From Candidatus Saccharimonadota bacterium (GTDB lineage: Bacteria; Patescibacteriota; Saccharimonadia; Saccharimonadales; Saccharimonadaceae), in NCBI GenBank assembly GCA_023898645.1, contig CP060232.1, positions 810,001 through 842,000 of the forward strand: 32,000 nt of DNA. Reading direction: 5' to 3'. The notes beneath the pieces were generated by a model. The model saw only the letters and a list, made by a program, of their open reading frames with translations. It searched no databases and was not told where the DNA came from. Below are positions 15,871 through 24,040 of the stretch, piece by piece; position 1 is the first letter of the stretch; every line of letters begins with the position of its first letter. The translations under genes and the position numbers were made by a program.

Positions 15871-16389
15871 ATGAATAAAAGGAGTGGGCACGGCTTCACA
15901 ATCGTTGAACTTTTAATAGTTATTTTCATTATCGGTATTTTGGCGGCAATTGTCATCGCACTGTACAACGGTATCACGCAAAGAGCATACGATAGTCGTT
16001 CTCAATCAGAAATGTCCGCACTCACAAAAGCCGTACAAATATTTCAAGCAGTAAACGGTCGTTACCCCAACGATGTCAGCAGGGGAATCCCGGCCGAAAT
16101 CACACCCTACATAGACGGATCTTCGACTAATTGGCCAAACGCACCGTGGCCAGGAAGTATATACGATTACGACACCTTCACGGGATCTGACGGCAATGAA
16201 GTAGTACAAATGAGTATTCGATTTTGTCCAATGGGCGGGCCACTTAGCGCATGTAAATTCCCTAATGAACCTTGGGCAAGCGGGTTCAATATCGACAGTA
16301 GCGCTTATTGGTGCATTACAGGAAAATGTCGTGCCCATCCATCGCAACCAGACAACTATCCAGGTTACTGTCTAAACTGCGAAAGTTAA
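15871..16389 (+). CDS. Type IV pilin / pseudopilin-like protein (prepilin N-terminal cleavage/methylation domain)
   Basis: 172 aa. MNKRSGHG-FTIVELLIVIFIIGILAAI shows the G/F cleavage site with Glu at +5. The C-terminal domain is Cys-rich. Confidence 0.85.
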   Translation: MNKRSGHGFTIVELLIVIFIIGILAAIVIALYNGITQRAYDSRSQSEMSALTKAVQIFQAVNGRYPNDVSRGIPAEITPYIDGSSTNWPNAPWPGSIYDYDTFTGSDGNEVVQMSIRFCPMGGPLSACKFPNEPWASGFNIDSSAYWCITGKCRAHPSQPDNYPGYCLNCES

Positions 16390-16475
16390 GTTCATTTTGA
16401 TTTAAATACTATGCAAATAGACTCAAATTAACCATGCAGTAACACCATGTGGCCTGCAAAATCAATATAAAAATT

Positions 16476-16489
16476 GGGGCGAGTGCCCC
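16476..16489. terminator. Bidirectional terminator hairpin between the pilin gene and the micro-ORF
   Basis: ggggc-gagt-gcccc, flanked by aaaaatt upstream and gattttta downstream. Confidence 0.65.
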
Positions 16490-16494
16490 GATTT

Positions 16495-16560
16495 TTATAC
16501 CGCTACTTTAGGTTGTTTCGGTTTTTTGACTTCTTTGCGTTTGTTTTGACCTTTTGACAT
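16495..16560 (-). CDS. Candidate 21-aa lysine-rich micro-protein MSKGQNKRKEVKKPKQPKVAV
   Basis: The ATG is preceded by AAGGGG (5-nt spacing) and by TGcTATACT. The stop is followed immediately by the terminator hairpin. The ORF is too short for a homology judgement. Confidence 0.35.
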   Translation of the reverse strand: MSKGQNKRKEVKKPKQPKVAV

Positions 16561-16585
16561 ATTTGCCCCTTTGATTACTAATCAT

Positions 16586-16594
16586 AGTATAGCA
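16586..16594 (-). promoter_or_regulatory. Extended -10 TGcTATACT (minus strand) upstream of the micro-ORF
   Basis: The minus strand reads gcaTGcTATACTatgattagtaatcaaaggggcaaatATG. Confidence 0.45.
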
Positions 16595-16612
16595 TGCGCA
16601 TAGGAGTAAAAG

Positions 16613-16648
16613 AGCCCCCGAGAAAACTCTTTCGAGCTCTCGAGGGCT
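16613..16648 (-). terminator. Terminator-like hairpin after the XRE gene
   Basis: A 10-bp stem with one mismatch (agcccccgag / ctcgagggct). On the minus strand it is followed by ctttta. Confidence 0.5.
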
Positions 16649-16652
16649 TGAT

Positions 16653-17006
16653 CTAGAAACAGAAGTCGCATTGGCCCGTAGGGGGCAGAGTGACGAAGCA
16701 GGTTGGGCAATACGGTGAGCGCTGCTCATCGGAATGCAGAGATCGAACGCTCAAGTCTTTGCTACCCAGTGGCCTACCAAGGTGCGATAAACCATTCGGC
16801 CAGAAAATCTCGTTGATTTCAGTACCGAGAGCCCTGCAAAGTGCGTGTGCCACGTTATAAGACACACCCTGTCCATACCCGCCATGTTCAATGCGTGAAA
16901 TGGTGGATTTCGAGACGTTCGAAAGCTTTGCGAGCTTAGTGAGTGTCATGCCGTGGTCCAGACGAACTTGCCTAAGACTGTGCAACCTAACGTATACAGA
17001 GGTCAC
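16653..17006 (-). CDS. XRE-family helix-turn-helix regulator with C-terminal zinc-ribbon-like tail
   Basis: 117 aa with a GTG start and AGGAG 8 nt upstream. The HTH is LRQVRLDHGMTLTKLAKLSNVSKSTISRIEHG. The C-terminus has CPTC-x10-CDFC. Confidence 0.8.
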   Translation of the reverse strand: MTSVYVRLHSLRQVRLDHGMTLTKLAKLSNVSKSTISRIEHGGYGQGVSYNVAHALCRALGTEINEIFWPNGLSHLGRPLGSKDLSVRSLHSDEQRSPYCPTCFVTLPPTGQCDFCF

Positions 17007-17134
17007 GCAACCAACTCCTAATTATCTAGAACAACACAATTTGTGTATAGGCATGTTTTATCATGAATTTAAATATATTACAAGTAAACACGTGTTGTCT
17101 GCCACGCAATCGACAATATTGAACGTACGGTCAG

Positions 17135-17743
17135 CTAGATGAGTTTTGATTTTTTGGCGGCCGCAATGCCTACAAATACGCCCAAGCCAACTTTTGCCAC
17201 GTCAAGCGCCTGAAAGCCAATTTTTTTGAGTAGTTCTTTGCGTTTGACGCTTGGCTTTTGTTCGTAATTTTCTGCACTAATGGCAGAAAGTTGGTTCATG
17301 TCGGCTTGAAAACACATCTGGTACAACTCGAGAACTTGCTCGGCCACACTCTCGTCATCGTTGTCGTCGCTCTCAGATTCTAGTAAATAGCTGCGTAGCG
17401 AATCAAAAGCATCGTTTGCCACAGTGTATGGCTCATCCTTGCTTCCACTGATTTCATTGAGAAATGCAACGCGTTGGATTTCGAGCCCTCTGGCGTATTC
17501 AATCATTTCATTTATATTTTCAACGCTACCGGACTCGTCGTCGATTTGCTCAAGTGCAATCCGTACCGCACTTAAATGCGCAGATGCGGCCTTTTCAAGT
17601 GGGTCGCCGTTTTTTAAAAGAGGTTTTTCTGCAAAGGCAGTGCATAAGTCCTTGATGTCCGAGAGTTGATCGAGTATACGCATGTCGATGAATGCCGTGC
17701 CTTCCAGCTTGAAATCGTCTTCACCAGTAAACTCGTGATTCAT
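17135..17743 (-). CDS. Acidic, predicted helical protein with C-terminal tail-anchor TM, unknown function
   Basis: 202 aa. An acidic stretch ESESDDNDDES is present, and the C-terminal hydrophobic segment is VAKVGLGVFVGIAAA followed by KKSKLI. Confidence 0.65.
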   Translation of the reverse strand: MNHEFTGEDDFKLEGTAFIDMRILDQLSDIKDLCTAFAEKPLLKNGDPLEKAASAHLSAVRIALEQIDDESGSVENINEMIEYARGLEIQRVAFLNEISGSKDEPYTVANDAFDSLRSYLLESESDDNDDESVAEQVLELYQMCFQADMNQLSAISAENYEQKPSVKRKELLKKIGFQALDVAKVGLGVFVGIAAAKKSKLI

Positions 17744-17749
17744 GACGAG

Positions 17750-17778
17750 ACTATATCATAAGTAACAAAAAACGTCAA
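17750..17778 (-). promoter_or_regulatory. Near-consensus promoter TTGACG-17 nt-TATAGT, 6 nt before ATG 17743 (minus strand)
   Basis: The minus strand reads TTGACGttttttgttacttatgaTATAGTctcgtcATG. Confidence 0.6.
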
Positions 17779-17950
17779 AGATAAATTCTAATACAGAGAT
17801 TTTCTTGGTAATTTGCTTAATTTACAAAAATATGGTAAATTAAGTATAGAAAAGTCATTACGACGAAATCACTAAAAAGAAGTCTCTACCCCAAACTCAG
17901 TAGTTTACTCCCAAACAAGCGATCAGCCTAACGCGCAAGGAGAAACAACT

Positions 17951-18166
17951 ATGAATATTTACAATCACAAAAAAGAAATTTCACTTAATCAATGGCAGAA
18001 AAATCTCGAAATAGCTAACGACATTGAAACAGAAAGAGTTCGAGCAGAAATTGCAGGAATCAAACAAGCATATACGGACAAGTACGGCCCGCCAGACGTA
18101 GTGGAGGGGCTATCTCATGACGGCGTAGTACGGCGAGACTCAAACACGGCGAAGCCGAACTCCTAA
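17951..18166 (+). CDS. Hypothetical small protein
   Basis: 71-aa ORF with SD AAGGAG 8 nt upstream of the ATG. Confidence 0.55.
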   Translation: MNIYNHKKEISLNQWQKNLEIANDIETERVRAEIAGIKQAYTDKYGPPDVVEGLSHDGVVRRDSNTAKPNS

Positions 18167-18169
18167 AAT

Positions 18170-18610
18170 TTGCCAAATATTGCGCAAGGTAAAACCAAGT
18201 TTGATACAATGTACGGTATTATGTCGTCTGTTGAAGAATATGCTTATACGTTTCGGATGATCATACCGGAAAAATCACTGGTAGACTTAGAAAGTATAAG
18301 CGAGAAAATGATGAAAAATTCAGCAGAAGGCTCTACGCCCATGGTTGTATCGACTATTGACGATTACTTAACCATCAGCATCAACGAAGATACTGAATTT
18401 CCCGACGAGCGACTGCCATATGCTGTGATGCTGGCAAAAACCGCCTTGCGCGAATACGGTATAGAACGGCCGATGTTTATAAATGCCTACGCTACACGCA
18501 TGAACGGAGAAGATTTAGCTGACATTCACGAGCAAATAGTAATTGAAACCGAAGAAGACTACATAATCAATCTGACAGACGAACTAATGCAACACGAACT
18601 CAATAAATAG
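18170..18610 (+). CDS. Hypothetical acidic protein
   Basis: 146-aa ORF if it starts at TTG 18170; an alternative ATG is at 18209. No family recognised. Confidence 0.5.
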   Translation: MPNIAQGKTKFDTMYGIMSSVEEYAYTFRMIIPEKSLVDLESISEKMMKNSAEGSTPMVVSTIDDYLTISINEDTEFPDERLPYAVMLAKTALREYGIERPMFINAYATRMNGEDLADIHEQIVIETEEDYIINLTDELMQHELNK

Positions 18611-18661
18611 CGTCGCCTGAATTATTTATTTGCCCAACACCTTAGACCATCTGCGCCTAAG

Positions 18662-20317
18662 GTGTTACTATTAGTAGCTGTGATTGCCGACATTTCCATC
18701 ACCGAAAAATCATTCGGACCAAAAAGCCTCATGCAAAATGTGAGGTTTACGATAAATGACGGCGAAAAAATCGGCATCATCGGCCGCAACGGAGTAGGTA
18801 AGTCGACTTTGTTTGGCATACTTAATGGCACCGACAAAGACTACACCGGTGAAATCATCTACAAAAATGGCTCGGTCGTAGTGGCAACTCAACAGGAATA
18901 CCACGACGTAGGTGACAAAACGGTGCTGCAGTATGTACTACAGGGCTTGCCGGAATACAGCAAACTCAGCCACATCATAGAAACATACCCTGAAACAATG
19001 GGCGACAACATGAAGCTGATAAATGAATATAGCGAAGCGTTGCAGCGGTTCGACGACAAAGGCTTTTACCAAATCGAAGATCAAATCGAGCGAGAACTCG
19101 AAAACTTCCAGCTAAGCGGCATATCGCACCGACATTTTTCTACACTCAGCGGCGGGCAAAAACGACTCGTCGAAGTTGTTAAGATTATGCATTCCGACGC
19201 GCATTTAGCACTAATCGACGAGCCGACTAACCACATGGACTACATCGCCAAACAGCAATTTGTCGACTGGATGAAAAACGCTCGCGAAGCCGTGCTGGTC
19301 ATTACTCACGACCGCGACGTGCTGCGCGAAGTCGACCGTATCGTCGAGCTCAAAGACGGTGGTTCGCAAAGCTTCAAAGGTAACTACGACGCCTATCTAA
19401 AACAAAATGCCGTCAGTACGGGTAGCCAGATGAACGAATTTGAAATGATTGAACGACGCATCACGAACCTGAAAGCCAAGGTCATAGAGTACCAGCGGTT
19501 CAAGGAAAAATCTCGCAACCCTAGCACGATTCAGCGGTTTAAACGATTAGAAGAGCAGTCTCGTAAAGAATTGGCCGAGCTACAGCAAAAAGAAAAGCCG
19601 ACGTTCTGGATAGACAAAGAATCAGCTGCCGACCTTAATTACAAAACTGCCGCCCAATACGAAAAATTCAAAGCCAAAAACGTGCGCATCAATTTAAAAA
19701 ACAATGACTCACGAAGCAAACACGTACTCGTGGCTACTCGCGGCCTAAGCCTTGGCTACGACACTCCACTGTTTGAAGGACTTAACATCGACCTACGCGA
19801 AAGCGAAGCAATTGAGCTGCGCGGCCGAAACGGCGCCGGTAAGACGACACTGATCAAAGCAATCCTGGGCGACAACTCAGTTACGACATTTGACGGCGAG
19901 CTGACTGTCGACAAGCACGTGCGAGTAGGTGTGTACGAGCAAGAAGTATCGCCGACATACTTCGATCTTCCGTTAGAAATAGCGATTGAAAAAATGTACT
20001 TAGATCGTGGGCTTGCGATATCGACGACCAAAATCAGGTCACTGATGAGCGACTATTTGTTTACCGAAGGCGACGGCAAAGTGCCCGTAGAACGCCTCAG
20101 CGGAGGGCAAAAGGCAAGATTCCAGCTGATAGCCATGCTGGCAAATGACCCGCAGCTGCTCATCCTAGACGAACCAACCAACCACTTGGATCTACCGAGC
20201 ATAGAAGAGATGGAAACGGCTCTGAGTAAATACTCCGGTGCAACCATATACGTAAGTCACGACAATTATTTCCGCGATAAAATCGGTGGCGACGTGATAA
20301 AAATCGGCAAGGAATAG
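18662..20317 (+). CDS. ABC-F family ATPase (two ABC cassettes, no TM domain)
   Basis: Walker A motifs GRNGVGKS and GRNGAGKT. Signature motifs LSGGQKRL and LSGGQKARF. Walker B motifs LALIDEPTNHMD and LLILDEPTNHLD. A charged linker lies between the cassettes. The start is uncertain (GTG 18662 or GTG 18680). Confidence 0.9.
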   Translation: MLLLVAVIADISITEKSFGPKSLMQNVRFTINDGEKIGIIGRNGVGKSTLFGILNGTDKDYTGEIIYKNGSVVVATQQEYHDVGDKTVLQYVLQGLPEYSKLSHIIETYPETMGDNMKLINEYSEALQRFDDKGFYQIEDQIERELENFQLSGISHRHFSTLSGGQKRLVEVVKIMHSDAHLALIDEPTNHMDYIAKQQFVDWMKNAREAVLVITHDRDVLREVDRIVELKDGGSQSFKGNYDAYLKQNAVSTGSQMNEFEMIERRITNLKAKVIEYQRFKEKSRNPSTIQRFKRLEEQSRKELAELQQKEKPTFWIDKESAADLNYKTAAQYEKFKAKNVRINLKNNDSRSKHVLVATRGLSLGYDTPLFEGLNIDLRESEAIELRGRNGAGKTTLIKAILGDNSVTTFDGELTVDKHVRVGVYEQEVSPTYFDLPLEIAIEKMYLDRGLAISTTKIRSLMSDYLFTEGDGKVPVERLSGGQKARFQLIAMLANDPQLLILDEPTNHLDLPSIEEMETALSKYSGATIYVSHDNYFRDKIGGDVIKIGKE

Positions 20318-20323
20318 CAACGT

Positions 20324-21085
20324 CTAGTACGCACAATATGCTAGGTAGACAACCGCAGCCAACCCGACAACGATAATGCCTACTCGTAGCCAATGGCCCG
20401 AGATGCGCTGCGCAAATCGAGACCCGCTGTAGCCGCCAACAATACTACCGATCGCCATAATTACGCCTATACGCCAATCTAAGAGGTTCGACCCGTATAG
20501 ACAAATCATAGATGTAACGGCAAGAAACACGGCCGATATATTTTTCATGGCATTCATCATGTGAGTGTCGTGCACGTTCGTAAAACTCAAAAAAGCAAGC
20601 ATCAAAAACCCAAAGCCAGCACCAAAAAAACCACCATAATAACTTACCGGCAACAGAGCGAGACCGAGTAAAAATAGTGGCCAGTTAGACTTTGCACGAC
20701 CTTTCACCAGTTTATGCAGATGGAAATGCATAAGTGGCTGAAAAGCGAACAGTCCAATACCAAACAACACCAATACCGGCACTAATTTGGCGAAATATCC
20801 CGGCTCAGTACCGCGCAAGGTAATAGAGCCTGCAGCCGCACCGATAACCACTGGCACTAGTAGCCACGCATAGCGCAGCGGCACTCGTTTTAGATAATTC
20901 CAGTAACCAATGGCTGACGCTAGCTGACCAGGTGCAGTAATAATAACACCGGTCGCGCTAGCTGTAATTGGCGGTATACCAATTGCAATCATGACAGGCA
21001 GACCAACAAGCATGCCGCCACCAGCGATAGCATTCATAGCGCCCACGACGACGGCAGTTACGAGCAATATAACATCATTTTCCAT
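20324..21085 (-). CDS. TSUP (TauE/SafE, DUF81) family membrane transporter
   Basis: 253 aa counted from Met 21. It is polytopic, with GAMNAIAGGGMLVGLPVMIAIG and repeated G-rich TM helices. Confidence 0.85.
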   Translation of the reverse strand: MENDVILLVTAVVVGAMNAIAGGGMLVGLPVMIAIGIPPITASATGVIITAPGQLASAIGYWNYLKRVPLRYAWLLVPVVIGAAAGSITLRGTEPGYFAKLVPVLVLFGIGLFAFQPLMHFHLHKLVKGRAKSNWPLFLLGLALLPVSYYGGFFGAGFGFLMLAFLSFTNVHDTHMMNAMKNISAVFLAVTSMICLYGSNLLDWRIGVIMAIGSIVGGYSGSRFAQRISGHWLRVGIIVVGLAAVVYLAYCAY

Positions 21086-21231
21086 GTTTGTTTTGTGTTG
21101 TTCCTGTACAAAGTATACCAGACAACACGTCGCAGAATTGTTCAAAAATATTGTCCTATCCTGCTATGAACATCAGCGGGTAGTTATTTAGTGGATTCCG
21201 GCAAAAATACTTGTTGTACCTAAGAAGCTCA

Positions 21232-21240
21232 TGCTATATT
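21232..21240 (+). promoter_or_regulatory. Extended -10 TGcTATATT upstream of the surface-protein gene
   Basis: caTGcTATATT, then SD AGGGGGA (21252-21258), then TTG 21265. Confidence 0.45.
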
Positions 21241-21264
21241 AATAGCAAACAAGGGGGAACGAAG

Positions 21265-22891
21265 TTGAACACTAAACTTATGCGTTTGCGTATGAGAGTG
21301 ACGGTATTGATTTCCGTTGCCGTACTTTTAATTTCACAGTCAGCACCGGCATTTGTACACGCAGTACCTGGCGAGACTATCTACACCGGTGGCAACACTG
21401 GGCTTGCCGGCGACGATGATTACGCAGGTCCAATCAACCTTGGATTTAATTTTGACTTTTACGGCAGCACCTACTCGAGCACCTATGCCAACATCAACGG
21501 TACGTTGAATTTTAGCAGCGGCTCCAGTACATATTCCAATAGTGCTTCCGTACGGAAGTATGAGTAACTCGATCATGGCCTTTTGGGATGATTTAATCAC
21601 AAGGGATTTCAGCGACCAATCTATCTTGTACAAAACAATCGGAACGCCTGGCAGCCAGGAATTCATCATGCAATGGACCAATATGTACTTTTATAGCAAC
21701 CCCAGCCTCCCCATGGGTACATTTCAGGCTATTTTGTACGAAGGGACAAACAAAGTCCAACTACAATATCGAGATTTACTCGGTGGTGACGCGTCCATGG
21801 GAAACTCGGCAACAGTTGGCATAAACAAAGACGGCACGACAGCAAACCAAGTTTCATATAATTCCGCCAGCCTTACCGAAGGGCAAGCCATCAGCTTTAC
21901 GCCAGACGGCGGGGGAGGCTATACGGTCAACACAAGCGCAACATACGACCCTGTCTACTTAGCGGATGCCAGCGCCCCAGACGCACCAATACTCAGTGCA
22001 CCCACAAACAGTACTACCGATGTCAGCACGACACCGACATTTTCGTGGGGAGCTGCAAATCTAGCCGACACATACCAGCTGGTTGTCGCAAGTGATGCAA
22101 ATTATTCAAATATCGTCATCAATGAGAGCGGGCTAACAAACACAACATATACGCCTTCAACGGCACTAGACACAAATACGATGTACTACTGGAAGGTTAT
22201 CGCAGTCAATAGCAGCGGTACAGCAATATCTGACGGATGGAAGTTTACTACTGCGCCGCCAGACGACAATGACGGCGTCTTACAATCCGTCGAAGCGGCA
22301 GCTCCAAACGGCGGTGATGCCAATGGAGACAGCACGCCCGATTCACAACAAACAAACGTGACAAGTTTAGTAGACCCAGTAACAAATAGATATGCCGTTC
22401 TCGATACCGTAGGCTGCCCGACAAATACGAACGTATCCGCGGCCGCCCATACGAACGACGACTCTTACACGTACCCAGCAGGCATGCTCAGTTTCGTTCT
22501 AGATTGCGCCAGCCCTGGCGATACCGCCACGATAACGCAGTATTACTACGGCGTCGACCCAAGCGGACTCGTGCTACGTAAGTACAATTCAACCACGCAC
22601 ACATACCAAAACATCACCAATGCAACAATCAGCAGCGTGCTGATAGGCGGCCAAGCCGCAACCAAAGTCGTATACACCGTTACGGATGGCTCGGCACTCG
22701 ACGACGATGGCACGGTCGACGGCCATATCGTTGACCCAGTCGGCCTAGCCGAAGCCGTTGCGCCTGGCGCGCCCAATACTGGCGTCGGCTCACGTGAAGA
22801 CTATCTGGCAGGCTTGCTCGCCCTGACTTCAATCAGTCTATTCATAACTGCTGGAGCACTCACTCTGAGCCGCAAAAAATCACAATTTTAG
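21265..22891 (+). pseudogene. Frameshifted (or recoded) secreted surface protein: signal peptide, NIDO-like domain, FN3-like repeat, C-terminal APNTG sorting signal
   Basis: ORF 21265-21567 carries the signal peptide and the first half of the domain (INLGFNFDFYGSTYSSTYANINGTLNF). ORF 21542-22891, in the +1 frame, continues the same domain (IMAFWDDL...FIMQWTNMYF...TFQAILYEGTNKVQLQY). The two overlap at 21542-21567. Confidence 0.6.
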
Positions 22892-22904
22892 ACAATGCGC
22901 TCGT

Positions 22905-22947
22905 ACTTAAAATACCCCCGAACGTAAAAGCCGAGGGTATTTTAAGT
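22905..22947. terminator. Bidirectional terminator between convergent genes
   Basis: A 13-bp perfect stem (acttaaaataccc / gggtattttaagt) with a 17-nt loop. Confidence 0.7.
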
Positions 22948-22956
22948 AGCAACTAT

Positions 22957-23343
22957 TTACGATTCAATCGCCGTCAGCTCGATATCAAACACCAAATCGC
23001 TGTTTGGTGGGATGTTTGGCGATGGGCTAGCAGGGCCATAGGCCATAGCTGCCGGTATAACTAAACGGCGTACGCCACCGACTTTCATGCCTGGCACGCC
23101 TTGTGTCCAGCCAGGAATAACGCCGCTAAGTGGAAACGTCACAGGATTTCCAAAGTCGTGGCTGCTTTGAAAAATCGTACCGTCTGCTACGAGAGCACCG
23201 GTGTAATGAGCGGTGATTGTCGCGCCTTGTGGCACTTCGTCACCCGTGCCTACAGTCACGTCAGTGATCTGTAATTCAGTCACTTCAGTCATAGGGTTAA
23301 AGTTTGCTAATTTCGTACCTTCGAGTTTTTGAGTATTATCCAT
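22957..23343 (-). CDS. FKBP-type peptidyl-prolyl cis-trans isomerase
   Basis: 128 aa counted from Met 42. AHYTGALVADGTIFQSS...VIPGWTQGVPGMKVGGVRRLVIP...LVFDIEL is the FKBP_C pattern. TATACT at 23350-23355 (minus strand) lies 6 nt before the ATG. Confidence 0.85.
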   Translation of the reverse strand: MDNTQKLEGTKLANFNPMTEVTELQITDVTVGTGDEVPQGATITAHYTGALVADGTIFQSSHDFGNPVTFPLSGVIPGWTQGVPGMKVGGVRRLVIPAAMAYGPASPSPNIPPNSDLVFDIELTAIES

Positions 23344-23493
23344 GTACCTAGTATAGCTGCAAAAGATCAAAAAAAGTGTTATACTAAAAACAGCAAGTAT
23401 TCTAGACTTATCGCTATATATTGGTTTAGCCACCGACCTGTACGACAAAAGCAACGCATATTGCATCTAAAAGCTTTAAACGAAAGGCAACAC

Positions 23494-23784
23494 ATGGCAA
23501 CAAAACTATTTATAGGAAAACTCTCTTACGATACCGTCGAACAAAGTCTCAATGATTTATTCTCTCAGTACGGACAAGTAAACAGCGCGGACATCATCAT
23601 TGACCGACAGACAAACAAGTCCAAAGGATTTGGATTCGTAGAAATGGCCGATGACGAAGCAGCTAAAAAAGCAATCGCCGAACTCGATGGCAAAGAGTTT
23701 GAAGGACAAAGGTTAGTCGTAAACGTCGCCAAGCCACGCGAGGAACAACCTCGTCACCAAGGCGGCTTCCGACGAAGTTGGTAA
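23494..23784 (+). CDS. RRM-type RNA-binding protein
   Basis: 96 aa. RNP-2 is LFIGKL, RNP-1 is KGFGFVEM, and the tail is Arg/Gly-rich. Confidence 0.9.
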   Translation: MATKLFIGKLSYDTVEQSLNDLFSQYGQVNSADIIIDRQTNKSKGFGFVEMADDEAAKKAIAELDGKEFEGQRLVVNVAKPREEQPRHQGGFRRSW

Positions 23785-23785
23785 T

Positions 23786-24022
23786 ATGACGAATTCTCTC
23801 ACGAGGCAACAATTCTTGAAATCAGAACAAGGGGTGTCGCTTCGGGAGGAACTGATGGTGATGGTAAAAAGTGCCGAGTATAATACTCGGCCTATTTATT
23901 CTTTGGTTTCTGTCGATGAATTCCAATTCGTTGAAAAGCACATGGACTACATGAGTAAACACCCACGCATGAACCATCGGCAGTACGTTCTAAACCTCAA
24001 ACTGATGACAAAAATCCGATAG
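23786..24022 (+). CDS. Hypothetical small protein
   Basis: 78-aa ORF starting 1 nt after the RRM gene stop. No family recognised. Confidence 0.5.
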   Translation: MTNSLTRQQFLKSEQGVSLREELMVMVKSAEYNTRPIYSLVSVDEFQFVEKHMDYMSKHPRMNHRQYVLNLKLMTKIR

Positions 24023-24040
24023 CTAACGAAGGTCCGATAT

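Noticed and set aside
16508-17142. ORFs 16508-16729 (minus strand) and 16891-17142 (plus strand).
   Set aside because: The first runs through the XRE gene's 3' end, its terminator hairpin and the micro-ORF promoter. The second is antisense to the XRE HTH and spans its promoter region. Neither has start signals.
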